Origin: an uncultured bacterium
GTDB lineage: Bacteria; CSSED10-310; CAZUFC01
Length of the DNA stretch: 64,000 bases
Assembly (NCBI GenBank): GCA_964619725.1
Contig: CAZUFC010000019.1
Span: 1,161 to 65,160 of the forward strand
Direction: 5' to 3'
Shown piece by piece: positions 61,101-64,000 of this stretch (its first letter is position 1; every line of letters begins with the position of its first letter). The position numbers and the translations under genes are program-made. The notes under the pieces are model-generated. The model ran no database searches. It saw only the letters and a list, made by a program, of their open reading frames with translations, and was not told where the DNA came from.

Positions 61101-63805
61101 CCGCTGCAGTAGACGGCCCCTCCCCTGACGGTTTTGTTGGTCGAGTTGATGCTCTGGATGGTATTGTCTGAGATAACATTACCGATCATATAGACCGTGG
61201 ACATCGAGCCTACGAGAATTCCGCCGCCGATAGCATTAACAGAGGAACATAAATTAAATTCCACGACATTATTCTCAAACATTACCGTTGAATCGGGATT
61301 GCCGAATGCTGCACCGCCTCCGGCAAAGGATGAAGTATTGTGTCCGATAGTGTTTCCGCCGATGTAATGGCTGTATCCGGCTCCGCAATACAATCCGGCC
61401 CCGTAGGACGTGCTTCCCGTCGCCAGGTTATAGTCAATATCGTTGTCGGTGACTTGTATATCTGCACCTGAAATGTAAATTCCGCCTCCCAGCGCCAGAT
61501 TAGGCAAAACCGGGCTGCCGTATGCCGTATTTTCGGTGATCCAGTTGTTGTTTATAGTGACGTTCTGCGAACGGCTGACATGAATGCCGCCGCCGTAATC
61601 GCCGCGTCCGTTTTTGACGTTGAATCCGTCTACAACAACGTTGGATACTTCACTGATCCTTATCACAGGCAGTAATGCAGACCCGTCGATGATAGTTAAA
61701 TAAACGTCCGGGTTCCTCTCGAGGCCGCTCTGCGAATAACCGCCCAGCAATACCATGTTGTTTCCCAAAACCAGATTCTCCACATAGGTTGCGGTCGCTA
61801 CATGAATGTTGCCGTTGCCCGCAGCAGCCGCCATTTCCACTGCAGCCGAAATGCTCGCCTTTGCCGTTCCCCAGCTTAAACCGTTGTTCGAATCATCTCC
61901 GGTCTGACCGTTTACGTAAAAGTCATTGGCCGGCGTCGGCACGGGAGTATATGTTCCCGCCGGAGTAATGTAAACAGTCGGCGTTGGATTCAGATTCGTC
62001 GTCTCATCAGCGCCGATGTCGGGTATGCCGAAATTATACGGCCGGCTCTCGCCGTCGAAATCATGGTCCCATATCAGGTCCGAAGTGCCCCTGTCCACGC
62101 AGCAGGAATTCGGGTAAATATGGTAATCGCCGTCGCCTATGAATAAAGGATCGCACGGCGGATTAAGATTGCCTTCGCCCGGATCAGCGTCCTGAATGTT
62201 GCTGTAAGTCGCCGTTACATCATATAAATCGTCTGCATTGCCCCAGAGAATACAGTTTCTTATCGTCGGCGTTCCGCCGTAACCCCGAATTCCTATTCCC
62301 CCATTGTAAGAGATCGTGTCATTCATCATTACAGTATTCGAATCCTGAAGATAAACGCCTTCCCCATAGTTTTCCACGATAATGGAATTATATATATTTG
62401 CCGGAGCGTCAAGAATATAAATGCCCTCGCCGCATGAAGCATTGTTGGGACTTGCCGTAATTTTATTGAAACGCACATAAACGCCGTCTATGTCAATGTC
62501 TGAACCGGCGCCCCAAGCTGCAATTCCTCCGCCGTAAGCATACGCATAATCATAAGAACTGTAGCCGGCGCCGACGGCATAAGCATGATTGCTGACAACT
62601 TCAACTCCCAGGCCTATGCTGACGACGGAATTACTTTTACATGCTATCGCTCCGCCATATGCGTACCCGTATCCCCGGCCGTTATACGCCGTATCCTGTC
62701 CATACGCATAAGCTAAATTGCCTTCCAGATGGTCGTTGTTGAAATCCGTCACGCTGCCGTCATCACAATAAACGCCTCCGCCGTATCCATAACCGTATGT
62801 GTATCGCTGCTGACTATTGTTTCGATTGTCCGCATACGCCGTGTTGTTGTTTATCATGTTGCCGGATAACAGAACATCGCTCCCGCTTGAACAAAAAATA
62901 GCTCCCCCAAACGCATACTTCTGCTTCGTACCGTTATAATTGGCGCTGCTATAAGAATAAACCCAGTTGCCTGTAAACGTGTTGTTGATCAGGGTCGTTT
63001 CACAGACTGTGTACAGGCCTCCGCCCTCTGCATAAGTTCCGTGGCCGCCGGTCGAATATGCCGTGTTGTTCGATATCGTGTTGTTCGTCATCGGCAATTC
63101 GCTGGTTGCATCGGCGTAAATGCCCCCTCCGTAAGCGTTCGAAGCCGTGTTTATGTTGCCGCTTATTACGTTGTCCGTCATCGTTACGGTCGAATTCAAC
63201 AGTATTATGCCCGCTCCGCCTGATGTACCCGAACACGTGTTGTTTAAAACTTCATTATTCGTGAATGTCGCGGTCGAATCCTGAAAAGCCGCTCCGCCGC
63301 CTGAAGTCGTCGCCGCATTCTCCTCGATGATGCAATCGTTTATCACGGCAGAGACGCCGGATGTGCATAATAATCCCGCACCCGTCGCCGCAGCGCCCGC
63401 TCGGATAGTGAATCCGTCCACTTCGACGTTGGATGCCGAAGATATCGTCAGGGTCGTTCCGCCGCTCGATCCGTCTATTCCTGTTTCATAGATCGCCGGA
63501 TTGCGCGTGCCGCCGCCGTTCGGATACCCGCCCAACAAGACGATGCCGTCAATATCAAGCGTCAGCCTCTCATAATAATATCCCTCGGCAACATGAACCG
63601 TGCAGGCCGACGAAATCAACGTCAACGCCGCTCCTATCGTCGCCTTCGCATTTCCCCAGCTCAATCCGTCGTTGCCGTCGTCCCCGAACTCCTGATCAAC
63701 GTAATAATTGCATTGAGCATCCGCCGAATTCATCGGGACTATCAGAAACAATACCCCCAATGCCAATAAAAAAATTTGATACGGGCTCACTCCTCTTTTC
63801 TCCAT
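55160..63805 (-). CDS. 2881-aa secreted protein: four DUF1565-like/beta-helix units with Tyr-rich inserts, then dockerin-like and cohesin-like C-terminal domains; no membrane anchor
   Basis: GGAGGAGG RBS; signal peptide; YV(D/N)...G.D.N(D/N)GLSW..AKA.I four times; GNANGDAYVNASID...ADFNGDSAVNSADY; IAVDAAIAYDPAFL...YHYSK. Confidence 0.9.
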   Translation of the reverse strand: MEKRGVSPYQIFLLALGVLFLIVPMNSADAQCNYYVDQEFGDDGNDGLSWGNAKATIGAALTLISSACTVHVAEGYYYERLTLDIDGIVLLGGYPNGGGTRNPAIYETGIDGSSGGTTLTISSASNVEVDGFTIRAGAAATGAGLLCTSGVSAVINDCIIEENAATTSGGGAAFQDSTATFTNNEVLNNTCSGTSGGAGIILLNSTVTMTDNVISGNINTASNAYGGGIYADATSELPMTNNTISNNTAYSTGGHGTYAEGGGLYTVCETTLINNTFTGNWVYSYSSANYNGTKQKYAFGGAIFCSSGSDVLLSGNMINNNTAYADNRNNSQQRYTYGYGYGGGVYCDDGSVTDFNNDHLEGNLAYAYGQDTAYNGRGYGYAYGGAIACKSNSVVSIGLGVEVVSNHAYAVGAGYSSYDYAYAYGGGIAAWGAGSDIDIDGVYVRFNKITASPNNASCGEGIYILDAPANIYNSIIVENYGEGVYLQDSNTVMMNDTISYNGGIGIRGYGGTPTIRNCILWGNADDLYDVTATYSNIQDADPGEGNLNPPCDPLFIGDGDYHIYPNSCCVDRGTSDLIWDHDFDGESRPYNFGIPDIGADETTNLNPTPTVYITPAGTYTPVPTPANDFYVNGQTGDDSNNGLSWGTAKASISAAVEMAAAAGNGNIHVATATYVENLVLGNNMVLLGGYSQSGLERNPDVYLTIIDGSALLPVIRISEVSNVVVDGFNVKNGRGDYGGGIHVSRSQNVTINNNWITENTAYGSPVLPNLALGGGIYISGADIQVTDNDIDYNLATGSTSYGAGLYCGAGYSHYIGGNTIGHNTSSFAGGGAAFGNPDSTVMFENNVVEFNLCSSVNAIGGGILVGSMSTVYMIGNVISDNTIQSINSTNKTVRGGAVYCSGNLTMVNGVIERNLAYNYFNGGYGATLTECSYGGALYCADGGIVHSIGNIYNENLAHAEGRNSSQGYYGQGFAYGGAVFCEGGGDVTLSGDTLSANTCYAYGVNTAYNGRGSGYAYGGGVHCADLSTVNINLKSIVEDNRCQAAGAGYSSYDYAYSRGGGIAVYGPDCDVDIDSAVIRGNNITASPATQLRGYGLYISDVSVDIYNSIIAEHPDTAVYLYSSNSMIINDTIVYNDGYGIYGTEGSAPVIRNCILWGNLDDLEGVSATYSNIQGKDPGEGNLSPPCDPLFVGGGDYHLQPQSCCVDRGSYDDIRDHDFDDDPRPYAGGIPDLGADEVDVINPSPTAYATPAVTPTPEPTPSDHYYVDGLYGDDLNDGLSWGTAKASITAAIELAEAAGGAYVHVTGHVYVENLVCTDNLYLWGGYPPGGGIRNPDVYPSVVDGDAYDPVMTVSEVKNVEIDGFMVTNGVGDYGAGITVSRSENVNITNNKIQENVTYGSPGARNLACGGGLYLEGVNIFVGDNLIENNIAEGDAAYGAGIYCGGGYKIVISGNEILANTSGHAGGGVSVHAADSTVHLEDNTIENNLCYGGSTSNRGGGLYVHSAGSCYAEGNSISNNTIQILNAQGRTTRGGGIYCDGELTLQSNTISDNLAYTYYSGGYGSTLTEYAYGGALYCADGCTVKSWGNVYENNKAHADARNTSQGYYGQGIAYGGTVFCDAGCDLEMKGDIIRSSTAQAYGQNTSYNGRGRGYAYGGGIYITDETVAFIGGSTRIEGSLCTASGAGYGSYDYAYARGGGVYINGGLNDVEFDGALIKNNNLSASPNNASTGYGLYIQESSARVYNTFVVENAGTGIYLYGGTPEFVNDTIAYNPGYGIRGTEGAVPTIRNCILWGNNDDLEAVTATYSNIQGGDPGQGNLTPPCNPEFVGIDDYHILPSSCCVDRGLNTLAPLTDYDGDTRPYNGLIVDIGADETQSINPTPQPSVTPNTPTPVGTYTATPAANFYVDKVNGNDSNNGLSWATAKASINGALSIAGPDSFIHVARAVYHENIEIGSDTTVLGGYPIGGGERDPHANITLIDGGYRNSVVMIQGAADVIFDGFTVRHGEENAGAGLFVYDCEHVIVRNCVFETNIGGESGNYVRGGGAYFGRCYAFWVHDCSFMYNSVVGTEAGYGGGLFIETSALGAVEDNLFLENTSSFVGGGLACIDVDDTVIISGNAFSGNMASNAFTSSIVYGGGLFCSDTASPQILNNEFDGNWAYSTGRNSSGRGGAICMNGDSQVYGNTFTANQARCYISQNYGGHIYGYSYGGAVYIGLEGAPDIDANYFTGNWAYSYVSNSNQGRYSYGYSYGAALFCNSTAETMTISHCIIKENTSYAYGHNTAYNGRGYGYGYAGGIFINTDAKVEVIENTLIYDNVAKGQGSGYSSYDYGYGYGAGIYINDDVSSVTLDRLNIDGNDSTAIPNNWSGGDGIYSYSDDTVILTNSFITNNGGHGIYWHTGGPNVDIVNNTIVSNGNYGIYKNAGSLNIINCIVWDHSDDIEGVSATYSDIQDGDAGIGNISADPLFVGQGDYHIQMLSPCIDFGSNVAEPSTTLYDYDGNDRFFFYDIGADEYAGPPTFNLTAYLDGFYLVGSQRPTTIDIEFRFGTTPETADTVVASYEDIPLNANGQTGNIDLTGCPGGDLFLTVSHLNHLKVITENMVNVNYGTTANINLSDEDDLTFEPCYGIDPLGDEVDGMISLRGGNANGDAYVNASIDFIIWLLANGSTPGSGNWDERADFNGDSAVNSADYSEWLNQNGRVSFAPGFPAKDMASEKTDSGEFELKVRETGVADWPYIEVDVIYNAESPDTLIAVDAAIAYDPAFLGKPQMTADFLTKGMTDFSKGLGAPDLPDVYHYSKGALPGQTGIKVPAGANILYRLRFPLRTSVGFSGPEYESKLDLVPGFYGVALDKTLLLEMNKGASKQTAAEIRGTEQKITGTSN

Positions 63806-63867
63806 CTCGTATCCTCCTCCATTTCTTGAATGTTTAAAATTTGATTAGCCATATCCTTAAAATATAA

Positions 63868-63892
63868 AGAATCCGGGGCTTAACCGGATTCT
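63868..63892 (-). terminator. Probable intrinsic terminator of an upstream minus-strand gene
   Basis: Minus strand AGAATCCGG-TTAAGCC-CCGGATTCT followed by TTATATTTT, directly after a TAG. Confidence 0.55.
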
Positions 63893-64000
63893 CTACCTCC
63901 TTCGCTGACTCGATGCCAAAACGGAAAAAGCTCCACCATTGCGAAACTTGTTCATGAAAGACTCATCCCTCTCTGTCGCCCTGTTCGCAGGCGCTTCATG
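63893..64000 (-). CDS. Possible 3' end of a gene entering from the right edge
   Basis: Open frame HEAPANRATERDESFMNKFRNGGAFSVLASSQRRR* ending just before the hairpin. Confidence 0.3.
   Translation of the reverse strand, partial: HEAPANRATERDESFMNKFRNGGAFSVLASSQRRR

Noticed and set aside
41582-63805. Autotransporter (Pmp-like) assignment from GGA(I/V)/FxxN repeats
   Set aside because: No C-terminal beta-barrel; the proteins end in TM-basic tails or a cohesin-like domain.
23883-63837. Numerous 60-320 aa ORFs overlapping the large genes on the opposite strand or in other frames
   Set aside because: Fully nested in well-supported CDSs, with no motifs or RBSs.

Overview
A 64 kb bacterial window (about 50% GC, diderm-type signal peptides and lipoboxes; taxonomy cannot be fixed from sequence alone) dominated by very large secreted or surface proteins. 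From left to right it holds: (i) a divergent pair of collagen-like proteins; (ii) a 1898-aa beta-helix/Asp-rich/beta-propeller protein; (iii) an AAA+ ATPase and a stress-type cluster (MgtC family, two 6-BON-domain paralogs, ferritin-like, DUF2267); (iv) a hydrolase-DUF3109-CPBP operon and a radical SAM gene, between two copies of a 200-bp MITE; (v) a seven-gene export operon mixing RND and ABC parts, including an RND permease fused to an ABC ATPase and an ABC permease fused to an apparently inactive M1 aminopeptidase; (vi) four giant surface proteins (1208-2881 aa), three of which carry cohesin-like and/or dockerin-like modules and three of which end in an IPTL-CTERM-like anchor. The two best candidates for an undescribed system are the non-cellulosomal cohesin-dockerin surface assembly (37.6-63.8 kb) and the hybrid RND-ABC exporter next to it (23.9-37.2 kb). 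I saw no rRNA, tRNA, CRISPR array, transposase or reverse transcriptase. All domain calls are motif recognition by eye, not database searches.
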